A stretch of DNA of 64,000 nt from Octopus sinensis (lineage: Eukaryota): assembly GCF_006345805.1 (NCBI RefSeq), contig NC_043010.1, forward strand, positions 6,262,001 through 6,326,000, read 5' to 3'. The position numbers and the translations under genes are program-made. Shown in pieces: positions 1 to 11,350 of this stretch. The notes under the pieces were generated by a model. That model did no database searches. It was not told where the DNA came from and saw only the letters and a program-made list of their open reading frames with translations. Numbering within the stretch: the stretch's first letter is position 1; each line of letters begins with the position of its first letter.

Positions 1-15
1 TATTTCCCTTACAAA

Positions 16-43
16 CCCGAGCAACGCCGGGCGATACTGCTAG
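16..43 (+). mobile_element. Helitron-type 3' terminus (hairpin + CTAG), rest outside the window or lost
   Basis: CCCGAGCAACGCCGGG hairpin (16-31) followed 8 nt later by CTAG (40-43) and a T; matches the canonical Helitron 3' end signature. Confidence 0.55.
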
Positions 44-102
44 TGTTCTATAAAATTATAATTAACTGATCCTCCTTTTACTCCAAACCCGGAACTTTTC
101 AG

Positions 103-255
103 CACTTATTCTTTGTAAGCTTAGTACTTATTCTATCAGTCTCTTGTGCCGAACTGCTAAGTTATGGGGACGTATAAACACACCGACATCGGGTGGGGGA
201 CAAACAAAGACACACAAACACACACACACACACACCACACACACATATATATATA
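103..255 (-). mobile_element. SINE family A, 3'-half fragment
   Basis: ACTTATTCTTTGTAAGC...GCCGAACTGCTAAGT...GGGGACAAACA matches the intact copies at 7241-7666 and 18073-18472. Confidence 0.7.
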
Positions 256-345
256 TTGTTAGTAAATCATAAATATTAAAGAGAATCCCATTCTAAGTTA
301 TAGAGCAGTAAAATAATTAGATATAGTTATGGCCAATCCTTGGGC

Positions 346-471
346 TACTCAGGGTTCCACGTCTATAAAGCACTTGGTTTCACAGTATTTATTCAGATCA
401 TGATGGCTGGCCATCAAAGTCTGAAGAAGCACTGTAAAGCCAAGTGCTTCATGCATGTGAAACACTGGGTA
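346..471. repeat. Old palindromic element (62-bp arms, 2-nt loop), possibly a decayed MITE
   Basis: Arms 346-407 and 410-471 align without gaps, 47/62 Watson-Crick pairs; ends CAGGGTTCCAC / GTGAAACACTG. Confidence 0.6.
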
Positions 472-983
472 TGTATGTATGTATGTATGCATGCATGTGT
501 GTATGTATGTATGTATGTATGTATGTATGTATGTATGTATGTATGTATTATGTATGTATGTATGTTGTATGTATGTATGTATATTGTATGTATGCATGCA
601 TGATGTATGTATGTATGTATGTATGTATGTATGTATGTATGTTTGTATGTAGTATGTATGTATGTAGGTATGTATGTATTATGTATGTATGTATGTATGT
701 ATGTATGTATGTAGTTTGTAGTATGTATGTATATATGTATGTATGTAGTATGTATGTTTGTATGTATGTATGTATGCATGATGTATGTATGTATGTATGT
801 ATGCATGCATGTATGGTATGTGTGTATGTATGTATGTATGTATGTATGTGTGTATGTGTGTATGCATGTATGTATGTATGTATGCATGTATGTATGTATG
901 TATGCATGTATGTATGTATGTATGCATGTATGTATGTATGTATGTTTGTATGTGTGTATGTATGTGTGTATGTATGTATGTAT

Positions 984-1029
<46 letters not shown>

Positions 1030-1032
1030 ATA
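468..1032. repeat. (TATG)n / (TA)n microsatellite
   Basis: Direct reading; source of the MYVC/HTYI ORFs. Confidence 0.97.
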
Positions 1033-1074
1033 CTGGAAGTGGATGTGTGGCGTTTGACCACATAATGATAAATT

Positions 1075-1486
1075 AATAAATAGAACATATGCATATATAC
1101 ATACATATATGTACATACCTACATCTATATGTATATATACATGCATATATGGGTACAGGAGACCCCCCCAAAAAACGTAGAACACAATGAGAAATGAAAA
1201 TCTAAAAACAAAAACATGCAAACGGACTTTTTTCAAACAACGAAAAAGCAGAGTAGAAGACATACAACACAAGGAATATTCCCCTTCTTCAGTTGACCCT
1301 GTTTTGACTACTCTGTTTTTCTGTTGTTTGAAAAAAAGTCCGTTTCCATGTTTTTGTTTTCATGTTTACGTTTCTCATTGTGTTTTATGTTTTTTTGGTG
1401 TCCTGTATCCATATGTGCATGTATATATACATATAGATGTAGATATGTACATATATGTATGTATATATGCATATGTTTTATTTATT
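1075..1486. repeat. Large foldback inverted repeat (~180-bp arms, 51-nt loop)
   Basis: 1075-1256 is the imperfect reverse complement of 1308-1486 (AATAAATAGAACATATGC...CAGAGTAG vs CTACTCTG...GCATATGTTTTATTTATT). Confidence 0.85.
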
Positions 1487-1507
1487 ATTTTGTTATTATA
1501 CATATGA

Positions 1508-1766
1508 AAAGAAGCCCGTCGTATATATGTATATATATATATATATGCGTGTGTGTGTTTGTGTGTCTGTGTTTGTTCCCCTAGCATTGCTTGCAAAACC
1601 GATGCTAGTGTGTTACGTCCCGTTAGTTAGCGTTCGGCAAAAGAGACTGATAGAATAAGACTGGGCTTACAAAGAATAAGTCCCGGGGTCGATTTGCTCG
1701 ATTTAAAGGCGGTGCTCCAGCATGGCCACAGTCAAATGACTGAAACAAATAAAAGAGTAAAAGAGT
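1508..1766 (+). mobile_element. SINE family A, 3' half
   Basis: GAAGCCCGTCG-(TA/TG linker)-...GGTGCTCCAGCATGGCCACAGTCAAATGACTGAAACAA-AAAAGAG tail. Confidence 0.85.
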
Positions 1767-2222
1767 ATATATATATATATATTTATATGCGTGTGTGGAT
1801 GTGTAGACGAAGACCAAGTTATATATAGAAAATACCAATGTAAGGGAGACAACTCAGTCCTGCCTGAATCCCTACGTCATCTTGTAATATGCTTTCTGCC
1901 TACAAAATTAAGTGATCATCACGTTTTTTCTCCTCCCAGTTGAGTCTCTGGCCATTTAAGTCTGATGAGTTACCTTACACAGCTAAGGATCTTTATAGCT
2001 GTGGAACCAACTGCCACTCTCCGACCGGCCATAAAAAACAATCGTCCTAATATATTACTACTCTAATGTTTTTAGAGTGAGCCTCTTTTTCAGATATGTG
2101 AACTACTGACGATATATACATATACATACATATACATATATATATATACATACATATGTATATATATATCTACATACATACATATATATACGTAAATATA
2201 TATACATATACATACATATATA

Positions 2223-2423
2223 CATCATCATCATCATCATCATCGTTTAACGTTCGTTCTCCATGCTGGCATGGGTTGGACGGTTCGACCGGGGATCTGG
2301 GAAGCCAGAAGGCTGCACCAGGCTCCGGTCTTATCTGGCAATGTTTCTACAGCTGGATGCCCTTCCTAACGCCAACCACTCCGTGAGTGTAGTGGGTGCT
2401 TTTTACGTGCCACCTGCACAGGA
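2223..2423 (-). mobile_element. RTE LINE 3' UTR end with (GAT)n tail, 5'-truncated
   Basis: (CAT)n-CGTTTAACG...CCATGCTGGCATGGGTTGGACG...GGATGCCCTTCCTAACGCCAACC; same sequence is joined to an RTE ORF C-terminus at 59828-60437. Confidence 0.75.
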
Positions 2424-3211
<788 letters not shown>

Positions 3212-3550
3212 CATACATATATATAAATATATATAAGTTCTATCAAGTAAGTCCTTAGAATGAGATCTTGAAAAGACCAATGTTTGAGAGAAAGTTTGCT
3301 CTGTTTCAGTTGCAAAACCTTTTAATATTTGTTCATACCAAGAGCATCCGTTGAAGTGACCATTATCATCATAGTCCTTTTAGTGTTTATTTTTCTACGT
3401 CTGCATGGGTCAGATGGGAATATACGAAAGGGAGAAATAGCTCACATATTTTACTAAGCTAATTCAGAAGCATCTTTTTCATTGGTTGAAGTAAGATCCA
3501 ACTTGTGGGTTGTATGTTCGATACCCTGATCTTTGATAACTAGATATAGA

Positions 3551-3720
3551 AGGGGGCTATTACATGATTGCTTGAATTCCTAGAAATAGCAACTAAATCT
3601 CTGTTAAATCACACATTATTTTTAGAAAGGAAAGAGACATTAGAAAATGCTGTCCCATATAACCTTTAAAATGATGTGATGGTTCTTGCTGAAACACCTT
3701 TTATCATCATAAGATTGCTA
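3551..3720 (+). mobile_element. Degenerate dispersed repeat family F (probable SINE)
   Basis: CTAGAAATAGCAACTAAATCTC motif recurs in reverse orientation near 22650 and 50390, with related pieces at about 18660 and 47370. Confidence 0.4.
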
Positions 3721-3728
3721 TCTATCTG

Positions 3729-4350
3729 AGGCTTTATATAGCTATGGTGCAGCCTCACCTGGAATTTGCATCACCGGTCTGGAAATCCTATCTTGCCCAG
3801 GATATTAATCGTCTGGAAACCGTTCAGCAACATGCAACCAAGAGAATACCCTCCATCAGGCATTTGCCATATTCTGAACACCTTACTTCCCTGGACATGG
3901 ATACATTGAAACTCCGATGTCTGGCAGCTGACTTGGCAGACACCCATAAAATTATTTTACCATCTTACTAACAATAATTCTGAGCACCTTTTCAAACTCC
4001 ACCTGTCTAAAACCCATGGACATGTTTACAAAGTCAGAAAACAGCACAGCTTCCATGACTTTCGGAAACATTTTTTCACGCTAAGAATTGCTGAAGTATG
4101 GAACAAACTCCCGGCATCAGTTGTTAGTTGTCGGAGCACTGCATCCTTCAAAACTTCCATGCTTCCTGAGATTCGCCAACACTACACCTGATTTTCTCCC
4201 CTCAATACATACGCAAGGATGTATCTGACTCATACACTGTTCACTTTCCACACATTTGTACATTACTGCATATGCTTTATATGCACTTTCTGACAAGTTG
4301 TGGTGCACCTGAGCACTGTATAGAAAAATTTCATTATTATTATTATTATT
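3729..4350 (+). mobile_element. CR1-group non-LTR retrotransposon, 3' end of RT ORF + 3' UTR + (ATT)n tail
   Basis: RLYIAMVQPHLEFASPVW...LETVQQHATKRI, then (after a frameshift) HGHVYKV...RKHFFTLRIAEVWNKLPASVV..FKT; second copy at 48735-49233. Confidence 0.85.
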
Positions 4351-4902
4351 TGATCAGATTTGGGACAAAACAACAACAACAACAACATGAAGTGATATCT
4401 TAACTGGACACATAACTAACTCAAACCAAAACAAAGGAAAAAGTACAAGGAATTGGGTTTTATGTAAATCACATTGTGGCCAACCTGAGTGACTCATGGA
4501 TGTAGCTGTTTGCCTTAGCACTGGCATTTATTTTTATGATACAGGAGGAAATTATTGAGGTTGATTCAGTTACAACTCACTTCTAACGTTACTTCTTCCA
4601 TCATGAACCCATTCATTTATGTGTTAACTATTTTGAATCTGTAGAGAAGACAACAGAAAACCATCACAGGAAAGCCAGCAGAGGAAAAATTACTGGCAAA
4701 TGTTATAGAATAAGTCAGAGGAAAAATGTTACTGAAAAATATTACTGAGGATTGTTATTGAAATATGTCACAGTAAAAAAATTGAAGAAAAAAATATCTC
4801 AGAAAAGAATGTCAGGAAAATATGCCCTAAACTAAAATCACGGAAATAAAAAATAACAGAAAAATGGTCACAGAAAACAGTCAGAAAACAGTCACAGATA
4901 TA

Positions 4903-5175
4903 AGGTCATGGAAAAAGTCACAGAAAAGAGGTCACTGAAAAAGGTCATAGAAAGCTGTCCCTGAGAAAGGTCATGGAAGAAGTCACAGAAAAGGGGTCAC
5001 CGAAAAATGTCATAGAAAGCAGTCACTGAAAAAGGTCATGGAAAAAGTCACAGAAAAGAGGTCACTGAAAAATGTCATAGAAAGCAGTCGCTGAGAAAGG
5101 TCATGGAAAAAGTCACAGAAAAGAGGTCACAGAAAAATGTCACAGAATACACTCATGGAAAGAAGTCACAGAAAA
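4903..5175. repeat. 65-bp higher-order tandem repeat (five ~13-bp GTCA subunits), ~4 copies, degenerate extension from ~4745
   Basis: AGGTCATGG starts at 4903, 4968, 5033, 5098 (exact 65-bp spacing). Confidence 0.9.
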
Positions 5176-5448
5176 GAAACCGTTCTAGAAAAACTTCACT
5201 GAAAAATAGCCAGTGAAAAAAAAAAAAGAAAAGAAAAAAAACAAGAAAACAAGAATACTTTTTATTTTCAGTTTTTGTAATTCCACCTACTTCCAAATTT
5301 GAAATGACCTCTGGTAAAGTGTCTTAAGAGCCCTTATCAAAAATAAATTGCTTAAAACTTTTAGACCAAAATAGTAATTAAATATGTTATACATACAGCT
5401 ACGAATTTGTAAACTTAATGATTCATTATTTTCTTTTTCTCATCTCAG

Positions 5449-5566
5449 ATTCGATTGCAGTTCAATCCCTTCACTGGAAAAGTCCCCCCTTCCCGCTCCC
5501 GACAACATTGAACATTTCTTTATTAGAGTGTATACTAAGGAGATTCTAATTTTTCCCTCTAAATAA
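5449..5566 (+). CDS. Candidate terminal coding exon of an unidentified plus-strand gene
   Basis: Branch-like CTTAAT (5414), long polypyrimidine tract and CAG acceptor (5446-5448); open frames IRLQFNPFTGKVPPSRSRQH* (stop 5509-5511) or FDCSS...FPSK* (stop 5564-5566); CpG retained; AATAAA near 5788. No homology recognised. Confidence 0.3.
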
Positions 5567-5806
5567 TCATATAGTTTGAGTGATTCGAAGAGAGACTGCT
5601 GATTATTAATTGCAGAAGATATGCTCTTCCTCAAGGACATTAAAGAGAAGTAAGAGAGGAGAAAGTAGAATAATTAAAATTGCAACTCGTAAATAGGTTC
5701 TCAAAATGTTATTTCGATTCACTTTACTTTCCACTCATTAAGAAATAACACACGCAAAAGAAAGAGAAAAAAAAAAAAGAAGATGCGAATAAAGGGAGGC
5801 AACTTT

Positions 5807-5851
5807 TACGAGCTTCGCATGTCTTCTTCTTGAAGACATGCGAAGCTCGTA
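5807..5851. repeat. Perfect 20-bp inverted repeat, 5-nt loop
   Basis: TACGAGCTTCGCATGTCTTC-ttctt-GAAGACATGCGAAGCTCGTA. Confidence 0.9.
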
Positions 5852-5923
5852 TTTGATAGCAAATGGTTCAAAGGTTTTGCTAAGCATTTTGCTTGACGTC
5901 CTAATGATTCTGCTAGTTCGCCA

Positions 5924-5967
<44 letters not shown>

Positions 5968-6070
5968 ATAAGTACTAGTACTAATTAAGTACTAGGGAAA
6001 CACAGGGGTTGATGTAATCGACTCATCCCCTCCCCACAAAATAGCTGCTTTTGTGGCAAAATTTGAAACC

Positions 6071-6263
6071 ATTATTATTATTATCATTATTATTATTATT
6101 ATTATTCAGTAGTATATTTTTTTATCACGTGCTTTCACTTCAGTACCGGGCGCAGCTCTGTGTGCCTTGGGTATGTGCTGTGATACCCAAGGCACACAGA
6201 GCTGCGCTCGGTACTGAAGTGAAAGCACGTGATAAAAAAATATACTACTGAATAATAATAATA

Positions 6264-6307
<44 letters not shown>

Positions 6308-6308
6308 C
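6071..6308. mobile_element. Head-to-head pair of R4/Dong-like LINE 3' UTR ends with outward (AAT)n tails
   Basis: 68-bp arms 6107-6174 and 6183-6250 (one mismatch); both match the 3' UTR that follows ALLGTAHILRRTLSIQ* at 57930-58133. Confidence 0.8.
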
Positions 6309-6476
6309 CTTTCTACTAAAGGCGCAAGGCCTGCAGTTGTGGGAGAGGGGAATAGTGTTTCACTGGTACTTAATTTATCGACCCAGAAAGGATGAAAGAC
6401 AAAGCTGACCTCAGCAGAATTTGAACTTAGAATGTAGTGGTAGATGAAATACCGCTAGGCATTTTGCCCAGCTCTC
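6305..6476 (-). mobile_element. SINE family B (alternative 3' tail ending AGAAAGG-(ATT)n)
   Basis: CTGGTACTTAATTTATCGACCC..AAAGGATGAAAG..AATTTGAACT..AGCATTTTGCCC is the reverse complement of the family B body. Confidence 0.75.
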
Positions 6477-6499
6477 CACCTATAATAATAATAAACCTT

Positions 6500-7449
6500 T
6501 CTACTGCGAACAGGCTAGACTCAAATTGTCTACCACGATCAGTTGTCACTGTATTTGGTATGCCAAATCTAGACATCCAAATGGTAAATAAGGTTTTCGT
6601 TATAGTTACTGCAGATACGTCCTTTATCAGATAAGCCTCTGGCCATCTCGAAAATCGATCTATACACATCAACAAATATATATTATCCTCACATGGAGTT
6701 AAGGGTCCAACTATATCGATGTGGATATGTTGGAATCTCGCATCTGGATTTGCAAATGTACCTAATGGTGCTTTGATATGACGATGTACTTTTGATTTTT
6801 GACACTGCATACATGATTTGACCCAGGAACGAATATCTTTATTCATACCAGGCCAAACAAAACGACTTGATATTAATTTCAATGAAGCTTCTATACCTGG
6901 ATGAGATAAATTATGTAAGCTAGAAAAAACAACTTTTCTATGCTTTTCAGGCACAAATGGTCTCGAAAAACCTGTAGAAATATCACACCAAATATGTGAA
7001 CACCCTTTCAACACCCTTGATATAACGTATATCCACAGTAAATTGTGAAATAAAATCAAGGTGTCTTATTTCTCTAGGAGAATATTTCTCTGAAGAACTT
7101 TTTAATGCATATGTTAACGGTTTATGGTCAGTAAATAAAGTAAATGACCTACCTTCAAGAAGATGTATGAAGTGTTTAATTGACAAATAAGCTGCCAACA
7201 ATTCTCTACCGAAAACACTGTATTTCGTTTCTGGTGCTCTCTCTTTTACTCTTTTACTTGTTTCAGTCATTTGACTGCGGCCATGCTGGAGCACCGCCTT
7301 TAGTCGAGCAAATCGACCCCGGGACTTATTCTTTGTAAGCCCAGTACTTATTCTATTGGTCTCTTTTGTCGAACCGCTAAGTGACGGGGACGTAAACACA
7401 CCAGCATCGGTTGTCAAGCAATGCTAGGGGGACAAACACAGACACACAA

Positions 7450-7505
<56 letters not shown>

Positions 7506-8945
7506 GACAGGCTTCTTTCAGTTTCCGTCTACCAAATCCACTCACAAGGCATTGGTCGGCCCGGGGCTATAGCAGAAGACACTTGCTCAAGATGCCACAC
7601 AGTAGGACTGAACCCGCAACCATGTGGCTGGTTAGCAAGCTACTTACCACATAGCCACTCCTGCACCTATGAATTTTTTTGAAAAGAAAGCTAATGGTTG
7701 CCAGGAATTACAATGAAATTGCTGTAGAACGCCACCGATTCCAACATCGGAAGCATCAACTATCAATGATAATTCTGCTTCAGGAACCTGATGGTTTAAA
7801 AGTGTTGCTTCACACAGTTTCTCTTTAATTTTTTTAAAAGCTTGTAATTCATTTTCTTTTAAAGTTATGGATTCATTTTTCTTCTTTCTATTTTTCAATA
7901 ACTCAGTTAAGGGATATAGAGACTTTAGGAATAAATTTTCTGTAAAAATTAACTATCCCTAAAAATTCTCTGAGCTTCCTTAAAGTCTTCGGTACAGGAA
8001 ATTTTTTAATAGCTTCAATTTTCTCTGGTAATGGTCGAATTCCATCTCTATCGATAAGATGACCCAGAAAAGATATAGTGGGTTCACCAAAAGCACATTT
8101 CGATGGATTTATCACAATGCCGTAATTCGTCAATCTCTCGAAAATTTATTTTAAATGGTCTTCATGTGCTTCTTGTGATGGACTAGCAATGAGAATATCA
8201 TCTATATAAGCAAATACAAAAAGTAAATTTCTTGTTACTTCGTCCATAAATCTTTGGAAAGTGTTTGCTGCGTTCCTCAATCCGAAAGGCATGCGAAGAA
8301 ATTCAAACAACCCAAATGGAGTGGTTATCGCTGTCTTCCGTATATCTTTTTCTGCAACAGGAATTTGATTGTATGCTCTGACTAAATCAATTTTTGAAAA
8401 AGTAGTACAACCACTCAAAGAAGTTGCAAAATCCATAATGTAAGGAATTGGATATTTATCTGCTTTTGTTTTTGAATTAAGTTGCCTAAAATCTCCACAA
8501 GGATGCCAGTCTACAAGATTTTTCTTTACCATAACTAATGGTGTTGACCAGCTACTACTGGAAGGACGGATTATACCGAGATCCATCATATGACGAAATT
8601 TGGACTTAGCCACCTTCAATTTTTCAGGAGATAATCTTGGCTTAGAAAAACTTGGTGGTCCTTTTGTGATGTTCTACCGAATGCACACACTTGGTATTTA
8701 GAGCTAACTGTTTCATGATATTCGGATAATTCTTCAAAATCCTGTGATATCTATTTTCCGAGGACGCTATGAAATACAATGGACTAACTGTGGCTTTTCT
8801 GCATCTCATTCTTTGAATTTTTAATGAAGTTTCTGTGTCTATCAGTTTTTGTTTTTTAACATCTACCATTAAATGATAGTGTGCCAAAAACTCTGCCCCT
8901 AATATTGAGTATAGCAAATCTGCTACTATGAAGATCTACTATGAA
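6500..8945 (-). pseudogene. pol: Ty3/Gypsy LTR retrotransposon pol remnant (protease C-term, RT, RNase H, integrase; CsRn1-like), frameshifted, no LTRs seen
   Basis: Order PR (ILGAEFL) - RT (CGDFRQLN, KIDLVRAYNQIP, MPFGLRNAANTFQR, YIDD) - RH (VDASDVGIGGVL, RELLAAY, FTDHKPL) - IN (H-x3-H..C-x2-C, IHIDIVGPL, IDRFSRWPEA, TTDRGRQFES). Split into several ORFs and by a SINE at 7241-7666. Confidence 0.95.
7241..7666 (-). mobile_element. SINE family A, full length, inserted in Gypsy RNase H
   Basis: tRNA-like head GTGCAGGAGTGGCTATGTGGTAAG..GGTTCAGTCC, TA/TG linker, AAAAGAG tail; removal restores FSKKF-x-APETKYS in frame. Confidence 0.92.
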
Positions 8946-8963
8946 GATAACACATGTACTTCT

Positions 8964-9055
8964 CTTTACTTATAGTGACCAGGTTATTCCATTCCTTTAC
9001 TTATAGTAACTAGGTTATTCCATTCCTTTACTTATAGTGACTAGGTTATTCCATT
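8964..9055. repeat. 31-bp tandem repeat x3
   Basis: CTTTACTTATAGT(G/A)AC(C/T)AGGTTATTCCATT(C) at 8964, 8995, 9026. Confidence 0.9.
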
Positions 9056-9359
9056 TGTAAAGAATTTTAGTTGTCATGTGGGAGGGGTGTACCATTATTA
9101 CTAATTCCCTACAGCAACCATTTACAGTCAAATATACATACATTTACATACACTGCATTTTCATACATATAGACACACATGAGGTGCAGTGGTATCACTA
9201 GAAGACTAGCCGAGAAAGTAGCCTTTACATTAAACATCAGGAATGTACAAAATGTCAGTGGGGGACACTTAAAAAGTAGCAGACAGTTTCCATTACTTAG
9301 GTGTTTAAGTTAGCTGTGGTGGAGGTTGTTCCAAAAGCATAGCTGCTAGAATAGAATAG

Positions 9360-9835
9360 GCTGGGCAAAGTTCAGAGAGCTACTACCTGTCTTAGTATAG
9401 AGGGGTCTCTCACTCAGAGTGAAAGTCAGATTGTATGATGCCTGTGTGTGAACAGCTATGCTACATAGCAGTGAAACTTGAGCTGTGACTGCTAAGGACA
9501 TGTGAATGCTTGAAAGAAATGAAACCAGTATGCTCTGCTGGATGGGTAAGGTTAGCGTGCATATACACCTGGGTATACAGGGCATCAGATGTAGTGTACA
9601 TCAGACTGTTGTATGGTCATGTAATGTGTATGAATGAAAACAGTTGCATCAAGAAGTTCCAGGCTCTAAGTGTGGAGGGAGCGTGTGGGAGAAGTAGACT
9701 CATGAAGATGTGAAATGAAGTGATGAGAAAGGATCTTCAGATGCTGGGCCTCACAGAGGGGATGATAAAGGACTGAGACTTTGGGTGGTTTATTGTACTT
9801 GAGAAGTCATATCAAGCTAAGTTAATACATGGTTA
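9360..9835 (+). mobile_element. RTE LINE, degenerate C-terminal part of ORF
   Basis: Decayed RVKVRLYDACV.TAMLHSSET.AV..D...LERNETSML.WM and RLLYGHVM..SC.KK..L.VEG..GR..KDL..LGLTE..LEKSYQAK with several stops. Confidence 0.75.
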
Positions 9836-9944
9836 TCTTTGCATACACGCATGTCCCCTGCATCCCTCTTCAGTAGAGTATTCCTAATCATGCAGGTGCT
9901 GTGCAAATCTTGAGGGCTCATGGGTGGGGCACTGAACTGAATGA

Positions 9945-10285
9945 CATTCCATTGGTTATGATGAAGGTTCCAGTTGATCCGATCAATGGAAGAACCTGCT
10001 TCTGAAATTAACCAGCAAGTGGCTGAGCACTCCACAGACATGCGTATCATTAATGTACTTCTCATGGAGGTTCAGTGTGACACACTGAATGTGACGAGGC
10101 TGGCCAAATTATTTTATATTCCTCATTTTTTGCCAACTGAGTGGACTGGAGTAATGATAAATAAAGTATCTTGCTCAAGGACACAACACACAGCCTGTTT
10201 ACAAACTCATGACTGTATAGATGTGAGCTGAATGCCCTAACAAATGAGTCATCTGCCTTCACCAGGACACTGAATCTCATGGTAA
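9945..10285 (-). mobile_element. SINE family D, degenerate 3' part
   Basis: GTTCCAGTTGATCCGATCAATGGAA..CCTGCT..GTGGCTGAGCACTCCACAGACA matches 34218-34605. Confidence 0.65.
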
Positions 10286-10464
10286 ATGTGACAAGAGACA
10301 CAGGTGCCAGCACAGGTGTGTGGTTAAGAAGCTTGCTTTGCAATGATGTGGTTTCAGGTTCAGTCTCACTGAGTGGCACCTTTGGCACATCTTTATCTTC
10401 TGGAACAGCCTTGGACTGACCAGCTCCTTGTGAGTGAATTTTGGAGATCGAAACTGTGTGGAAA

Positions 10465-10862
10465 AATCACACACACATGCATACACACACAAACGCACAC
10501 AAACACACACATGCATGCACAAACACACACATGCATGCACACACACACACACAAACACACACATACACATGCATGCACACACACACACACACAAACACAC
10601 GCATACACACACACAAACACACACACACATGCACACACACACACACACAAACACACACATGCATGCACAAACACACACATGCATGCACAAACACACATGC
10701 ATGCACACACACACACACAAACACACACATGCATGCACACACACACACACACACACACACAACATACACATGCATGCACACACACACACACAAACACACG
10801 CATACACACACACAAACACACACACACATGCACACACACACACACAAACACACACATGCATG

Positions 10863-10893
<31 letters not shown>

Positions 10894-10979
10894 GCATACA
10901 CACACACAAACACACACATGCACGTACACACACACATGCACACACACACACACACGCATGCACAGACACACACATGCAC

Positions 10980-11014
<35 letters not shown>

Positions 11015-11015
11015 C
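10465..11015. repeat. Complex (CA)n / CATG satellite
   Basis: Direct reading; source of HT/CV ORFs. Confidence 0.95.
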
Positions 11016-11350
11016 TATTTTATTAACGCTGAAAAAACTTCACATAGCCATTACTTAAAGTCTTGTGATTGTTCATCAGACAGGTGTGATAATACAGAAT
11101 AATTCCATATTATCATGACTGTCTGAGAAATGGTCATGTGAAACTCAATAATGGTTTTGTGAGTTTTTTTTCTTATCTTTAAAGAAATAGTGTATTACTC
11201 TGCCTATTCAGTACTATTTTTTTTCCCGCCTTGTTTTGCACCTATGTTTTTCCTTTTGTGTAAGTGTGTAAAAACTGAACCATGAACTCACCCAAATGCA
11301 CACCTGAAACACCTGAAACACTTAAGATAAACCAATAGAATTGTTTTAGG

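Noticed and set aside
340-1106. Long ORFs of MYVC/HTYI/IYIY type here and at 2347-3044, 10277-11102, 35029-36213, 40020-40841, 45711-46868, 51468-52188 and elsewhere
   Set aside because: Translations of microsatellites that lack stop codons in some frames; no coding signal.
1962-2012. CTGATGA followed by an 8-bp stem (CACAGCTA/TAGCTGTG) and GAAC, as a hammerhead
   Set aside because: Nine extra nucleotides separate the core from the stem, GAAA is not present and no helix I/III is evident.
4903-5175. Tandem arrays (also 31150-31860, 36590-36900, 47624-47970) as CRISPR or as coding repeats
   Set aside because: No unique spacers, no cas genes, eukaryotic context; periods are not kept in frame and stops occur.
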